Positions 27,357 through 38,136 of a stretch of DNA of 64,000 nt are shown here, in pieces; positions within the stretch are counted from its first letter, which is position 1; every line of letters begins with the position of its first letter. The notes below the pieces were generated by a model. That model was given only the letters and a program-made list of their open reading frames with translations, was not told the origin of the DNA and ran no database searches. A program made the translations under genes and the position numbers. Source of the DNA: an uncultured Holophaga sp. (lineage in GTDB: Bacteria > Acidobacteriota > Holophagae > Holophagales > Holophagaceae); assembly GCA_963664825.1 (NCBI GenBank), contig OY761614.1:736001-800000 (forward strand), in the 5' to 3' direction.

Positions 27357-28985
27357 GTATCGATTCACCCCCCTTGTCCCTGTGACCACGTAAGCCGGTG
27401 GCAGGCAGCCATGATGGGCTGGTGATGTCCCGCTTGCCCTGGCAGCCTCAGGCTGGTTCCAGTGCCGGTAGGGGCTGGTTGGATCGGGCGGAGTGGAGGG
27501 CCCTGAGCAGCCAGTCGAAGTAGGGGACGCCGCGGATGCGGGCGGTGGTGCCCAGGCTCAGGAGGCGTTCGAAGAATCGCTTTCCGTCCGCGCTGGGCAG
27601 TCGCTGGAAGATCCGCTTGAGGATCACGAGGGGGCGCAGGGCCCGCTCGGCCGCATTGTTCGTCGGCTCCACGCCCTCGACCTTCAGGAACACCCAGAGC
27701 TTGTCCCATTTCCGGAGGAGGTCCTTCCCGAGGTTTCGGGCGGCCTTGTGATCCATCGCGCTGGCCTGGATCAGACCGCGTTTGAGCCGCGCCAGATTGA
27801 TGGCGGTGCAGGCCCGGAGCTCTTTCCGGCTGATGTCGCCCGCCCGGAAGGTGTGCCACAGCGCAAAGATCTCCTCCTGCTCGGCGAGCAGTCGCTTTCC
27901 CAGTGCGGCCACCTCGGGCTTCTGGGATTCGCTCAGGGCGACGAACTCGCGGCGCAAATGGGCCCAGCAGAACTGGCGAACGGCAGATTTTAAGGCGTTG
28001 TAGGCGCCGTAGCGGTCCGTGCCAATCACGCCTTGGAAGTCCTCGGGAAGTATCGCCTTTAGGGCCCTCGCCCCACGGGTGTCACTGAAGTGGAAGAGGG
28101 CCGTACGGGCGGAAAGGGCCACCCAGATCCAGTCCCGGTCCTTCCGGCCGAAGCCGGTCTCGTCGAGGTTGAGCACATCCGCCGTACGGATCTGCTGGGA
28201 GAGGTCCTCCCAGGCGGGGAGTAGGTGGCTCCCCAGCGCCACACCGCTCTCGTGCAGCCAACCGCGTGAGACCGCTACGCCCGTCACCTCCGAGAGGAAA
28301 CGCTGGAGCGGCGTCAGGCTCATGCGGCCCTCTGTGCGCAGATAGGCCGCCGCAGCCTGAAGGCGCGGGCCGATCCCGCCCGGCGCAGCCTCTGGGGGAA
28401 GCGGCGCCTGCACCTTCCTCTGGCAGTGCGGGCAGATCCCCTCCTCCAGCGCGTAGGCGATGACTTCTGTGAGGCGCTGAGCCAGATCCACCACCCGGTG
28501 CAGGCGCGTCCCGGTGATGGCCCCTGAAGGAACCTCGCCTCGGCAGTGGGGGCAACAGGCGAGGGGCACCGAAACCGTACGGTCCTCGCTGCCTTCCGGC
28601 AGCATCACCCGAGCGGATCCCTTCCGTCCCGGTTGGCCGCCGCGCTTGCGCCCCGTGGGCGGCGCCGGTGGCTTGGGTGGCGCCGCGGGTCCGTCCGAAC
28701 TGGGGGGCTTGCTGCTGTTGCGACTGTCCTTCCCGAGGCGATCCTGGAGCGACTCCAGCAATTTTTCCAGGCGTTCCATCGCCTCCCGCAGGCAGACCAT
28801 TTCCGCACGCAGTTCCCCGTTCTCGGCAGCCAGGGCCAGATAACGCGGATCAGTCAGAACAGGATCAAGCTCCATCCTTCAGAATCTGACTGGTTTGAGA
28901 CCAAAGTACAAGCGAATTATTCACTTGCGGTGATTTTATCCTCAATCACGAGTTGAGCCTGCATGGGGGGGGGGTGAATCGATAC
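27357..28985 (-). mobile_element. IS66-family element, single-ORF (ISBst12-like)
   Basis: Inverted repeats GTATCGATTCACCCCCC; 8-bp duplication TCGGGGGC at 27349-27356 and 28986-28993. Confidence 0.95.
27448..28875 (-). CDS. IS66 transposase (TnpC-like)
   Basis: DSRNSSKPPSSD, CPHC Zn motifs, LDETG, QFCWAHLRR and EPTNNAAERALR. Confidence 0.95.
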   Translation of the reverse strand: MELDPVLTDPRYLALAAENGELRAEMVCLREAMERLEKLLESLQDRLGKDSRNSSKPPSSDGPAAPPKPPAPPTGRKRGGQPGRKGSARVMLPEGSEDRTVSVPLACCPHCRGEVPSGAITGTRLHRVVDLAQRLTEVIAYALEEGICPHCQRKVQAPLPPEAAPGGIGPRLQAAAAYLRTEGRMSLTPLQRFLSEVTGVAVSRGWLHESGVALGSHLLPAWEDLSQQIRTADVLNLDETGFGRKDRDWIWVALSARTALFHFSDTRGARALKAILPEDFQGVIGTDRYGAYNALKSAVRQFCWAHLRREFVALSESQKPEVAALGKRLLAEQEEIFALWHTFRAGDISRKELRACTAINLARLKRGLIQASAMDHKAARNLGKDLLRKWDKLWVFLKVEGVEPTNNAAERALRPLVILKRIFQRLPSADGKRFFERLLSLGTTARIRGVPYFDWLLRALHSARSNQPLPALEPA

Positions 28986-29585
28986 TCGGGGGCGATGGCG
29001 AGACCGTCTTCACCACCTCCATGGCGGGTTACCAGGAGATCCTCACGGACCCGAGCTTCCAGGGACAGATGGTCTGCATGACCTTTCCCGAGCAGGGGAT
29101 CTACGGCATCCACGAGGGCCTGAACGAGGCGGCCCGCCCCTGGGCCAGCGCCCTACTCTGTCGGCGCCTCACGAGCGTGCCCGATCATGTCTTCTCGGAG
29201 AGTTCCCTGGGCGCCTGGCTCCGCCGCCACCACGTGCCCGTCATGACCGAACTGGACACCCGCGCCCTCACACTCCACCTCCGGGATGGGGGAGCCCAGC
29301 CGGGTCTGATCTGGACCGAAGCCGAGGGCTCCCTGGAAGAGGGCCGCCTCCGGGCCGCCCAGCTCCCGGAGATGAGCGGCCAGGCCCTCGTCTCCCAGGT
29401 GAGCTGTTCCGACCATTACGAGATCCCCAATGCCGACGCCCAGTTCCGTGTGGCCGTGCTGGATGGGGGCATCAAGGCCTCCATCCTGAGGCAGCTCCAG
29501 GCCGCCGGGTTGCACCTGGAGGTCTTCCCCTGGGATACACCGGCGGCGGAACTCACGGAGGCCCGCTTCGGCGGGCTTTTTCTTA

Positions 29586-30915
29586 GGTTCTTCACGTTTT
29601 TCCGGGGAAGGCCGCACGGATCTTAAGGAAGAAGTAGCCCTCATCCCGGTAGCCGTAGGCGATGCGCTTGAGGACTTTGATCTTGTTGTTGATCCCTTCC
29701 TGGACGCTGGTATTGAGCGGCCAGCGGCAATGGGAGAGGATTCCGTCGATCCGCTGGGCGAGATTCTTGGCGAACTTCACGAGGGGCTGGAGTCCACTTG
29801 AGGTGGCGAGTTCCATCCAGTTCTCCCAGGCCTTCAGAGCCCAGCCCTCCCGCGTGTAGCGCCACAGTGCCTTCAGGGCGTCTTTCAGCACGTAGGCGGT
29901 CATCAGAGGCTGGTTCGCGTCCAATAACTCGTTGAGGCGGACTTTGGCATCCCGATTCGGCAGGTTCTCCCAATTGCCCAGCAGGAGCCACTTCGCGCCC
30001 TTGACGAGCTCCCGCGAGGCCTTGTCGTGCCGGTATCGATTGGCCTCATCCACCCGGATCCGGTCGATGACGTCATGGCCGTACTTTGCCACGACATGAA
30101 ACTGGTCGTAGACGATCTCGGCGTTGGGACAGCGCGCCCGGACTTCGCCTTCGAAGGCCGCCGACATGTCTATGCCCACGGCCTGGATCCGTTTGCAGCC
30201 CTTCTTCCCGATCAGATCGAAGAACGGGCGGATGTCCTCGCGGCCACGCCCTTTCCCGACCCAGAGCACGCGACGCGTTTCCGCATCCGTGATGACCGTG
30301 GCATAGCTCTGTCCCTTGTGGATGGCGAATTCGTCCATCAGAAGAAGCCTCGCCTTGCTCAGCTTCACGGGCCCAAGTTCTCGGTCCAGGTAAGCCTTGT
30401 CGATCGCCTTCACCGTGCCCCAGTGCAGGTCATAGTGCTCCGCGACCTGTTTGATGGGCATGACCTTGCAAAGCCGCGCCACGCTCGCGGCAAGCCGGTT
30501 CGTGATCCGGGCATGGGGCTCCAACCAGTCCAGGGCTTCCAGCTTCGGGCCGCACCGGGGGCAGGCTACTCGAGCCCGCCACACCACTAGGACTGTGTCG
30601 GCGTCGAACAGCGGAAGGTCGCGGATCTCCCGCTCTGACCAGTCGTGGACGCTCCGCACGAAATGCCCACAACCGCTGCACTTCCGGGGATGATCGCCGA
30701 ACCCAAGCAACTCGATCCACACCTCGGCCCGCGGCCCCTTCACCCCGGCTTCGAAGCGCTCCACGATTCCGACGCGTTGCCCTTTCCACCCGCCCAAGCG
30801 GGACATAAGCTCTTTGGTAGGCAGTGGCGGCCTCCTTCATCTCGAGTTCTCGACAAACCCAAGATGCCTGAAATCCGCCACTGCCGACCTACTTCACGCA
30901 AATCCGCGAAGAACC
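29586..30915 (-). mobile_element. ISL3-family element
   Basis: Ends GGTTCTTC / GAAGAACC; 8-bp AT-rich duplication TTTTCTTA at 29578-29585 and 30916-30923. Confidence 0.95.
29592..30806 (-). CDS. ISL3 transposase
   Basis: Zn finger, MDEFA, IDMS, YDQFHV and EGINNKIKVLKRIAYGYRD; may start at an in-frame CTG at 30824. Confidence 0.95.
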   Translation of the reverse strand: MSRLGGWKGQRVGIVERFEAGVKGPRAEVWIELLGFGDHPRKCSGCGHFVRSVHDWSEREIRDLPLFDADTVLVVWRARVACPRCGPKLEALDWLEPHARITNRLAASVARLCKVMPIKQVAEHYDLHWGTVKAIDKAYLDRELGPVKLSKARLLLMDEFAIHKGQSYATVITDAETRRVLWVGKGRGREDIRPFFDLIGKKGCKRIQAVGIDMSAAFEGEVRARCPNAEIVYDQFHVVAKYGHDVIDRIRVDEANRYRHDKASRELVKGAKWLLLGNWENLPNRDAKVRLNELLDANQPLMTAYVLKDALKALWRYTREGWALKAWENWMELATSSGLQPLVKFAKNLAQRIDGILSHCRWPLNTSVQEGINNKIKVLKRIAYGYRDEGYFFLKIRAAFPGKT

Positions 30916-31337
30916 TTTTCTTAGCAACGGCCCCGGGGACCCTTCCGCCCTCGCGGACATGCAGCGGGAGGTCACCGCCTGCCTGGGGAAGCTGCCCATC
31001 TTCGGCATCTGCCTGGGCCACCAACTGCTGGGCCACGCCTTCGGCGGCCGCACCTTCAAACTCAAGTATGGCCACCGGGGGGCCAACCAGCCTGTGTTGG
31101 AGCTGCGCACGGGCCGGGTCCAGATCACCGCCCAGAACCATGGCTTCGCCGTGGACGAGGGGAGCCTCCCCTCGGAGCTGGAAGTGACCCACCGCCACCT
31201 CAGCGATGGCACGGTGGAGGGCCTGCGGCACAGGAGCCTCCCCATCTTCAGCCTGCAGCACCACCCCGAGGCCAGCCCCGGTCCCCACGACGCCAGAAAC
31301 GCCTTCGGGGACTTCCTGCGGATGATGGAGGCCCACC

Positions 31338-34300
31338 ATGCCTAAGCGAAACGATATCCACAGCGTCCTCGTGCTGGGCTCTGGCCCCATCCAGATCGGC
31401 CAGGCCTGCGAATTCGACTACTCGGGAACTCAGGCCCTGAAGGCCCTGCGGGAGGAGGGCATCCGCACAATCCTGCTCAATTCCAACCCGGCCTCCATCA
31501 TGACCGACCCCAAGCGGGCCGACGCCACCTACATCGAACCCCTCACGCTGCCGGTGCTGGAGAAGATCCTGGAGCGGGAGAAGCCCGATGCCATCCTGCC
31601 CACGGTAGGCGGCCAGACGGCCCTCAATCTCGCATTGCAGGCCGCCAAAACGGGCCTCTTGGCCAGGTACGGCGTGGTGCTCATCGGCGCCCAGGTGGAG
31701 GCCATCGAGCGCGGCGAGGACCGGGCCCAGTTCAAGCAGCTGATGGACGAACTGGGTCTGGAGACCTGCCGGGGCGGCTTCGCCCACACCCTCGACGAGG
31801 GTCGGGAGATCGTCGCCACCACGGGCTTTCCCGCCATCCTGCGGCCCTCCTTCACCCTGGGGGGCAGCGGCGGCGGCATCGCCTACAACATCGACGAATT
31901 CGAGACGATCCTGAGGGGGGGCCTGGAGCTCTCCCCCATCCACCAGGTGCTGGTGGAGGAGAGCATCCTGGGCTGGAAGGAATTCGAACTGGAAGTAGTG
32001 CGGGACCTCGACGACAACGTGGTGATCGTCTGCTCCATCGAGAATATCGACCCCATGGGCATCCACACCGGGGATAGCCTCACGGTGGCCCCGGCCCTGA
32101 CCCTCACGGATCCCGAGTACCAGCGCATGCGCGAGGCCGCCAAGGCCGTCATCCGGGGCGTGGGCGTGGAGACCGGGGGCAGCAACGTGCAGTTCGCCCT
32201 GCATCAGGAGACAGGCCGCCTCATCGTGGTGGAGATGAACCCGCGGGTGAGCCGCAGTTCGGCCCTGGCCAGCAAGGCCACGGGCTTCCCCATCGCCTGG
32301 GTAGCCACGAAACTGGCCCTGGGCTACCGACTCTGGGAGCTGCCCAATGTCATCACGGGCCGGACCAAGGCCGCCTTCGAGCCGGTGCTGGACTACGTGG
32401 TGGTGAAGGTGCCGCGCTTCACGTTCGAGAAGTTCCCCCAGGCCGCCGCCGTGCTGGGCACCCAGATGAAGAGCGTGGGGGAAGCCATGGCCATCGGGCG
32501 GAGCTTCCAGGAGGCCCTTCAGAAGGCCCTGCGCAGCCTGGAGGCGGGCCACGACGGCCTCGCCTGCGCCATGGAGGGAAAGCTGGACCTGACGCGGCTC
32601 CGGGAGCACCTGCTCACGGCGGGTCCCGAGCGGATCTTCTGGCTCTATCAGGCCCTGAAGGCGGGCCACACCGTGGAGAATTTGGCGAGGCTCACGGGCC
32701 TCAGCCCCTGGTTCCTCCGGGAGATGGAGGAGATCGCCATCCTGGAAGGCCATCTGCGAGGCTTCAGCCTGGAGCGCCTGCCGGAGGAACTGCTGGAGAA
32801 GGCCAAGGGCGCGGGCTTCAGCGATGGCCAGATCGCCTCCTGCTGCGGCGCCCTCGAAGGCGAAGTCGCCAGCCTACGGGAAGCCCTCGGCCTGCACTCG
32901 GTCACCAAGCGGGTGGATACCTGCGCCGGGGAATTCGAGGCCGAGACGCCCTACCTCTATCAGACTTGGGAACGGGATTCCGGAGCCCCCTCAGAGGCCC
33001 CGCCCACGTCGCGTCCCAAGGCCATCGTGCTGGGCTCGGGTCCCAATCGCATCGGCCAGGGTGTGGAATTCGATTGCTGCTGCGTGCAGGCGGTGGAGGC
33101 CATCCGCGTCAGCGGCGTCGAGGCCATCCTCATCAACTGCAATCCCGAGACTGTGAGCACGGATTTCGACACGGCCGATCGCCTCTACTTCGAACCCCTC
33201 AGCTTCGAACACGTGAAGGCCATCGTGGACAGGGAGGCCGGAGCAGGGAGGCTCCTGGGTGTCTTCACCCAATTCGGCGGCCAGACGCCCCTGAAGCTGG
33301 CGGGCCAGCTGGAGGCCGCAGGTGTTCCCCTCCTGGGCACGCCGCACCGGACCATCCTGGAGGCCGAGGACCGGGACCGCTTCGGACAGATCCTGTCCCG
33401 ACTGGGCATCCCCGCGGCCGAATGGGGCATGGCCTCCAGCCTCCAGCAGGCCCGGGAGATCGCCCACCGCATCGGATACCCCGTGATGGTGCGGCCCAGC
33501 TTCGTCCTGGGGGGGCGCGCCATGGCGGTGGTCTTCGAGGATTCCGGGCTGGAGAAATACGTCCGGGAGGCCGCCGCCGTGGACCCCACCAAGCCCGTCC
33601 TCCTGGACCGCTACCTGGAAGGGGCCCAGGAACTGGATGTGGATCTGGTCTGTGACGGCCAGGATACGGCCATCTGCGGCGTCCTGGCCCACATCGAGGA
33701 GGCGGGCATCCATAGCGGGGATAGCTACGCGGTATTCCCTCCCCTGGGCATTGAAGCGGGGCTGCTCGAAACGGTCCAGGCCCATAGCCGCCGCATGGCC
33801 CTGGAGCTGGGCGTGCGGGGCCTGCTGAACTTGCAGTGGGCCCTCAAGGATGGCGTAGCCTACTGCCTGGAGGCCAACCCGAGGGCCAGCCGCACGGTGC
33901 CCTTCATCAGCAAGGCCACGGGCGTCGACTGGGCGGGCATCGCCGCCCGCATCGGCCTGGGACAGTCCCTGTCGGACCAGGCCGTGACCGATGGGGTGGC
34001 CCTGGCCGTGGCCGTGAAGGGCGTGGTATTTCCCTTCGCCAAGTTCCCGGGGGTGGACCCAGTGCTGGGACCGGAGATGAAGAGCACGGGGGAGGTCATG
34101 GGCATCGGCCGGACGTTTGGCGAGGCCGCCGCCAAGGCCCTGCTGGCCGCGGGCATTCCCCTGCCCCTGCACGGATCGGTCTTCCTCTCCGTGGCCGACG
34201 CCGACAAGGCCAGGCTGCCGGAACTGGCCCAGCGCCTGAGCGGCCTGGGCTTCGGACTCTGCGCCACGGAAGGCACGGCGCGCCACTTGGAGACCACCCT

Positions 34301-34583
34301 GGGCTTGAAGGTGCGGCGCATCAACAAGGTGGCCGAAGGGCGCCCCCACGCGGTCGATCTCCTGAAGAACGGCGAGATCCAGTGGGTCATCAATACGCCC
34401 CAGGGCCGAGAGGCCCACCAAGATAAGGGGGCGATTCGCCGGGAGGCCCTGCGCCTCGGTATCCCCTGCCTCACCAACCTCAACGCCGCCCTCGCTGCCT
34501 GCGAGGCCGTGGAAACCCTACGCGGGGAGGTGTGCGTGAGGAGCCTGCAGGAGCTGGGCCCAGAATCCATGGGCCGCCACTGA
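31338..34583 (+). CDS. carB: Carbamoyl-phosphate synthase large subunit
   Basis: [27 protein letters not shown] and [13 protein letters not shown]; 1081 aa, intact. Confidence 0.97.
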   Translation: MPKRNDIHSVLVLGSGPIQIGQACEFDYSGTQALKALREEGIRTILLNSNPASIMTDPKRADATYIEPLTLPVLEKILEREKPDAILPTVGGQTALNLALQAAKTGLLARYGVVLIGAQVEAIERGEDRAQFKQLMDELGLETCRGGFAHTLDEGREIVATTGFPAILRPSFTLGGSGGGIAYNIDEFETILRGGLELSPIHQVLVEESILGWKEFELEVVRDLDDNVVIVCSIENIDPMGIHTGDSLTVAPALTLTDPEYQRMREAAKAVIRGVGVETGGSNVQFALHQETGRLIVVEMNPRVSRSSALASKATGFPIAWVATKLALGYRLWELPNVITGRTKAAFEPVLDYVVVKVPRFTFEKFPQAAAVLGTQMKSVGEAMAIGRSFQEALQKALRSLEAGHDGLACAMEGKLDLTRLREHLLTAGPERIFWLYQALKAGHTVENLARLTGLSPWFLREMEEIAILEGHLRGFSLERLPEELLEKAKGAGFSDGQIASCCGALEGEVASLREALGLHSVTKRVDTCAGEFEAETPYLYQTWERDSGAPSEAPPTSRPKAIVLGSGPNRIGQGVEFDCCCVQAVEAIRVSGVEAILINCNPETVSTDFDTADRLYFEPLSFEHVKAIVDREAGAGRLLGVFTQFGGQTPLKLAGQLEAAGVPLLGTPHRTILEAEDRDRFGQILSRLGIPAAEWGMASSLQQAREIAHRIGYPVMVRPSFVLGGRAMAVVFEDSGLEKYVREAAAVDPTKPVLLDRYLEGAQELDVDLVCDGQDTAICGVLAHIEEAGIHSGDSYAVFPPLGIEAGLLETVQAHSRRMALELGVRGLLNLQWALKDGVAYCLEANPRASRTVPFISKATGVDWAGIAARIGLGQSLSDQAVTDGVALAVAVKGVVFPFAKFPGVDPVLGPEMKSTGEVMGIGRTFGEAAAKALLAAGIPLPLHGSVFLSVADADKARLPELAQRLSGLGFGLCATEGTARHLETTLGLKVRRINKVAEGRPHAVDLLKNGEIQWVINTPQGREAHQDKGAIRREALRLGIPCLTNLNAALAACEAVETLRGEVCVRSLQELGPESMGRH

Positions 34584-34623
34584 TCGCACAAGCTCCCGCT
34601 ATCATCTTCCCCGTGGAGGTCCC

Positions 34624-35520
34624 ATGTCTCGCATCCCTTCCCCACGCCTCTTGCTGCTTCCCTGGCTTCTCATGGGCGCCCTCTGGGCCGAGGGGCCTGC
34701 CGGATTTCACCGGACCCGGGTGGGCACCCTGGAGATCACGGCCCTGCTGGATGGGGAAATGCAGCTCCCCCCTTCCCTCCTCAAGAGCATCGCCGCCGAG
34801 GACCTGGAACGGATGCTGGGAGGCAAGGAAGGCGTCCCGACTCCCGTGAACGCCTTCCTGGTGCGGACGGGCCAGCACCTCGTGCTGGTGGATGCGGGGA
34901 AGAACGCGGCCATGGATCCGAGCATGGGCCACATCCTGGCCCGGCTGAAGGAGGCCTGGGTGGACCCTGCCGCCATCGAAGCCGTCCTCCTCACCCACCT
35001 CCACGGGGATCATGTGGGGGGGCTCATCACAGCCGATGGCCGACGGGCCTTCCCCAACGCCGTCGTGCGGGTGGCCCAGGCCGAGCATGACTACTGGATG
35101 GGCACCGCCCTCCCCAAGAGCTACGGCCCCATGATCGCCATGATCAAGGCGGCCCTCGCCCCCTACCAGGAGGCGGGAGCCTACAAGCCCTTCACCCCCC
35201 AGGAGACCCCCTTCCCAGGCGTTAAGGCCATCTCCGCCCCGGGCCACACGCCGGGCCATACGGTCTACGCCTTCGGCCAGGGAGCCCACACCTTCTGGGC
35301 CATCGGCGATCTCGTCCACTTCGGCAAGGTGCAGTTCCAGCGCCCGGAGGCCACCGTGACCTTCGATACCAACCAACCTCAGGCCGCGAAGGCCCGCCTC
35401 GCCTGCTGGACCCTGGCCGCCCAGAAGGGCATCGTCCTGGGCGGGGCCCATCTGGCCTTCCCGGGCCTGGGCCAGGTGAGGGCCACGGGCAAGGCCTTCG
35501 CCTGGGCGCCCCTGCCCTGA
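34624..35520 (+). CDS. Secreted MBL-fold metallo-hydrolase (methyl-parathion-hydrolase-like)
   Basis: THLHGDHVGG, PGHTPGH, GDLVH and HLAFPGLG; signal peptide. Confidence 0.88.
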   Translation: MSRIPSPRLLLLPWLLMGALWAEGPAGFHRTRVGTLEITALLDGEMQLPPSLLKSIAAEDLERMLGGKEGVPTPVNAFLVRTGQHLVLVDAGKNAAMDPSMGHILARLKEAWVDPAAIEAVLLTHLHGDHVGGLITADGRRAFPNAVVRVAQAEHDYWMGTALPKSYGPMIAMIKAALAPYQEAGAYKPFTPQETPFPGVKAISAPGHTPGHTVYAFGQGAHTFWAIGDLVHFGKVQFQRPEATVTFDTNQPQAAKARLACWTLAAQKGIVLGGAHLAFPGLGQVRATGKAFAWAPLP

Positions 35521-35692
35521 AAAGGGATGGGCCCTTTCGGACTCTGGATCGAAAGCGCCCTCCGGGGGCCCTGGGGTCCAGACTTTTCCTTGGATTTCAA
35601 GCCATCTCCAGGGTAGGCTGGTCGTTCTGCCGGACGCATGTGCCGGGATTCCAGCCCCTATAGGAGGGGGCAACTAAATCGAGGTGGACTGA

Positions 35693-37453
35693 ATGTCCAA
35701 ACTATCTTCTCTCATCAAAGGCAAGGCGACCAAGCAGATGGGCGGTATCACCGTGCTTGATGCCTCGCTGATCGGGGATGAGACCCCTGAAAGCCAGGAA
35801 TTCATGGCCGGACTCCAGGGCGAAACCCGGGCCCTGCGCGAAGAACAGGTCGTGCGTGGCGTGGTGGTCGAGATCCGCGGCAAGGATGTCATCGTCGACA
35901 TCGGCTACAAGGGTTCGGGCACGGTCAATATCGATGAGTTCAATAACCCCGATGGCACCCAGGGTGTCCAGGTGGGTGAGGTCGTCGAAGTTCTCGTCGA
36001 GCATCTCGAGGACGCCAACGGTAACGTGCGCCTCTCCCGCGACCGCGCCGAGAAGATGAAGATCTGGGACGAAGTGGAGAAGGCCTTCAAGGCCAACCTC
36101 ACGGTCCACGGCGTCGTCCTCGAGAAGGTCAAGGGCGGTCTGGCTGTCGATATCGGCATCCGCGCCTTCCTGCCCGGCAGCCAGGTGGACACCAAGCCCG
36201 TCCGCAATCTGGATCCCTTCCTCGGCAAGTCCTTCGATATGAAGGTCATCAAGGTCAATCGCCGCCGGGGCAATATCGTGCTGTCCCGCAAGCTCTTCCT
36301 GGAGACCATCAACGCTTCCCTCAAGGAAGAGACGCTGGCTGGCCTGGAAGAAGGCAAGCTGGTCGAAGGCCAGGTCAAGAACATCACCGAATACGGCGCC
36401 TTCATCGATCTGGGCGGCGTGGACGGTCTGCTCCACATCACCGATATGTCCTGGGGCCGCCTGAACCACCCCAGCGAGATGTTCCAGGTGGGCGACAAGG
36501 TCGAAGTCGCCATCCTGAAATACGACAAGGAGACCGAGCGCGTCAGCCTCGGCTACAAGCAGAAGTTCCCGGATCCCTGGCTCACGGTCGAGGAGCGCTT
36601 CCCCGTCCAGGCCACCGTCAAGGGCAAGGTCGTCTCCATCACCGACTACGGCGCCTTCGTGGAGCTGGAACCCGGCGTCGAGGGCCTTGTGCATGTCTCC
36701 GAGATGAGCTGGACCAAGAAGGTCAAGTCCGCCAAGGGCATGGTCAATCTGGGCGACCAGGTCGAAGCCATCATCCTGGCCGTGGACACGGACAACCGCC
36801 GCATCTCCCTGGGCATGAAGCAGATCACCCCCAACCCCTGGATGGCCATCGCCGAGAAGTACGTCCCCGGCCAGATCGTGACGGGCACCGTGCGCAATAT
36901 CACGGAGTTCGGCGCCTTCGTCGAACTGGAAGAGGGCATCGACGGCCTGATCCATGTCTCCGACTTCAGCTGGACCAAGAAGATCAAGCACCCCGGCGAA
37001 ATCGTCAAGAAGGGCGACCAGGTCACAGCCAAGGTCCTGAGCCTGGATCCCCTCCAGCAGCGCATGAGCCTGGGCGTGAAGCACATGGAGCCCAATGTCT
37101 GGGAGATCTTCTTCGAGCAGCATCATGTGGGCGCCGTCATCAACGGCAAGATCGCCCGCATCACCGATTTCGGTGCCTTCGTCGATCTCGGAGACGGCAT
37201 CGAGGGCCTGGTGCACGTGAGCGAAATCGCCCGCAAGCGCGTCGAGGACATCCAGAAGGAATTCGCCGTGGGCCAGGAGCTGACGATGAAGATCGTCAAG
37301 CTGGATCCCACCGAGCACCGCATCGGCCTCTCCGTGAAGCAGTGTGAGATGGACGCCGAGCGTGGCGAGATTGACGAAGCCAAGGCCAAGATGGAGCCCT
37401 TCAAGAAGGCGACGCTGGCCGACGCCTTCGCCAAGGCCGAACGCGTCGAGTAG
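35693..37453 (+). CDS. rpsA: 30S ribosomal protein S1
   Basis: Six S1 repeats (YGAFIDLGGVDGLLHITDMSW and similar). Confidence 0.97.
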   Translation: MSKLSSLIKGKATKQMGGITVLDASLIGDETPESQEFMAGLQGETRALREEQVVRGVVVEIRGKDVIVDIGYKGSGTVNIDEFNNPDGTQGVQVGEVVEVLVEHLEDANGNVRLSRDRAEKMKIWDEVEKAFKANLTVHGVVLEKVKGGLAVDIGIRAFLPGSQVDTKPVRNLDPFLGKSFDMKVIKVNRRRGNIVLSRKLFLETINASLKEETLAGLEEGKLVEGQVKNITEYGAFIDLGGVDGLLHITDMSWGRLNHPSEMFQVGDKVEVAILKYDKETERVSLGYKQKFPDPWLTVEERFPVQATVKGKVVSITDYGAFVELEPGVEGLVHVSEMSWTKKVKSAKGMVNLGDQVEAIILAVDTDNRRISLGMKQITPNPWMAIAEKYVPGQIVTGTVRNITEFGAFVELEEGIDGLIHVSDFSWTKKIKHPGEIVKKGDQVTAKVLSLDPLQQRMSLGVKHMEPNVWEIFFEQHHVGAVINGKIARITDFGAFVDLGDGIEGLVHVSEIARKRVEDIQKEFAVGQELTMKIVKLDPTEHRIGLSVKQCEMDAERGEIDEAKAKMEPFKKATLADAFAKAERVE

Positions 37454-37473
37454 TGGGTTTCCAACCCCCCGTC

Positions 37474-37495
37474 GAGGCCCCCGCAAGGGGGCCTC
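37474..37495 (+). terminator. GCAA-tetraloop hairpin after rpsA
   Basis: GAGGCCCCC-GCAA-GGGGGCCTC; no clear U tract. Confidence 0.55.
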
Positions 37496-37678
37496 TGCAT
37501 AGGGCTCAAAAAAAGTCGCCCTCTTGAAAAAATAATCCGAGACATCCACGGGAAGTCCGATCATCCTAAATAAGGCGATTCAGTTCGGGTCGTCCACCAA
37601 GTACCACCAGCTATGGCGGCTTCTGTCTGGGGAATGCCATAGCGTTAAACTTTCCCAGACGAATCTCAGGGATCCATC

Positions 37679-37882
37679 ATGAATCAAGGCACAGTTAAGT
37701 GGTTCAACGCCGAAAAGGGTTTCGGCTTCATCACCCCTGATGGGGGCGGTGCTGACCTCTTCGTCCATCACACCGCGATCCAGGGCTCTGGCTTCAAGTC
37801 TCTCGACGAGAACCAGCGCGTCAGCTTCGACACGGGTCAGGGCCAGAAGGGTCCTCAGGCGACCAACGTCACCAAGATCTAA
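37679..37882 (+). CDS. Cold-shock protein (CspA family)
   Basis: [15 protein letters not shown] and LFVHHTAI. Confidence 0.96.
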   Translation: MNQGTVKWFNAEKGFGFITPDGGGADLFVHHTAIQGSGFKSLDENQRVSFDTGQGQKGPQATNVTKI

Positions 37883-37925
37883 TATTGTTCCCCTCCAGGT
37901 GCTGAAACCTGGAACAGATTTCCAG

Positions 37926-37957
37926 AAAAAGGACCCGCTTCCTGCGGGTCCTTTTTT
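37926..37957 (+). terminator. Intrinsic, probably bidirectional, terminator after csp
   Basis: AAAAAGGACCCGC-TTCCT-GCGGGTCCTTTTTT. Confidence 0.85.
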
Positions 37958-38083
37958 GTATGGATCTGGGTTCGAACGCATAGGGCCTTTCGAATCGCAG
38001 CAAGGCCTCGGCTATGCGAAAGGCACGGTCCCGTGTTGCCAACAGGGATAGGCCACTCTCGGCAGCTCAGGCACCAACCCATA

Positions 38084-38119
38084 ACGAGAAGCGCCCCGCG
38101 GCTGCGGGGCGCTTCTCGT
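38084..38119 (-). terminator. 16-bp perfect hairpin downstream of sppA
   Basis: ACGAGAAGCGCCCCGC-GGCT-GCGGGGCGCTTCTCGT. Confidence 0.7.
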
Positions 38120-38136
38120 GGGGGTGAAGGGTCCAG

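Larger units (their letters stand above)
27288..31345 (+). pseudogene. carA: Carbamoyl-phosphate synthase small subunit, interrupted by IS66 and ISL3
   Basis: Pieces 27288-27356, 28994-29585 and 30924-31345 rejoin in frame: AHLILQDGTTFRG, GYQEILTDPS, FLSNGPGDP, GICLGHQ and HPEASPGP. Confidence 0.95.

Noticed and set aside
27357..30915. IS insertions as self-splicing IStrons that restore carA
   Set aside because: Both are compact ordinary IS elements nearly filled by their transposases, with no room for a group I intron core.
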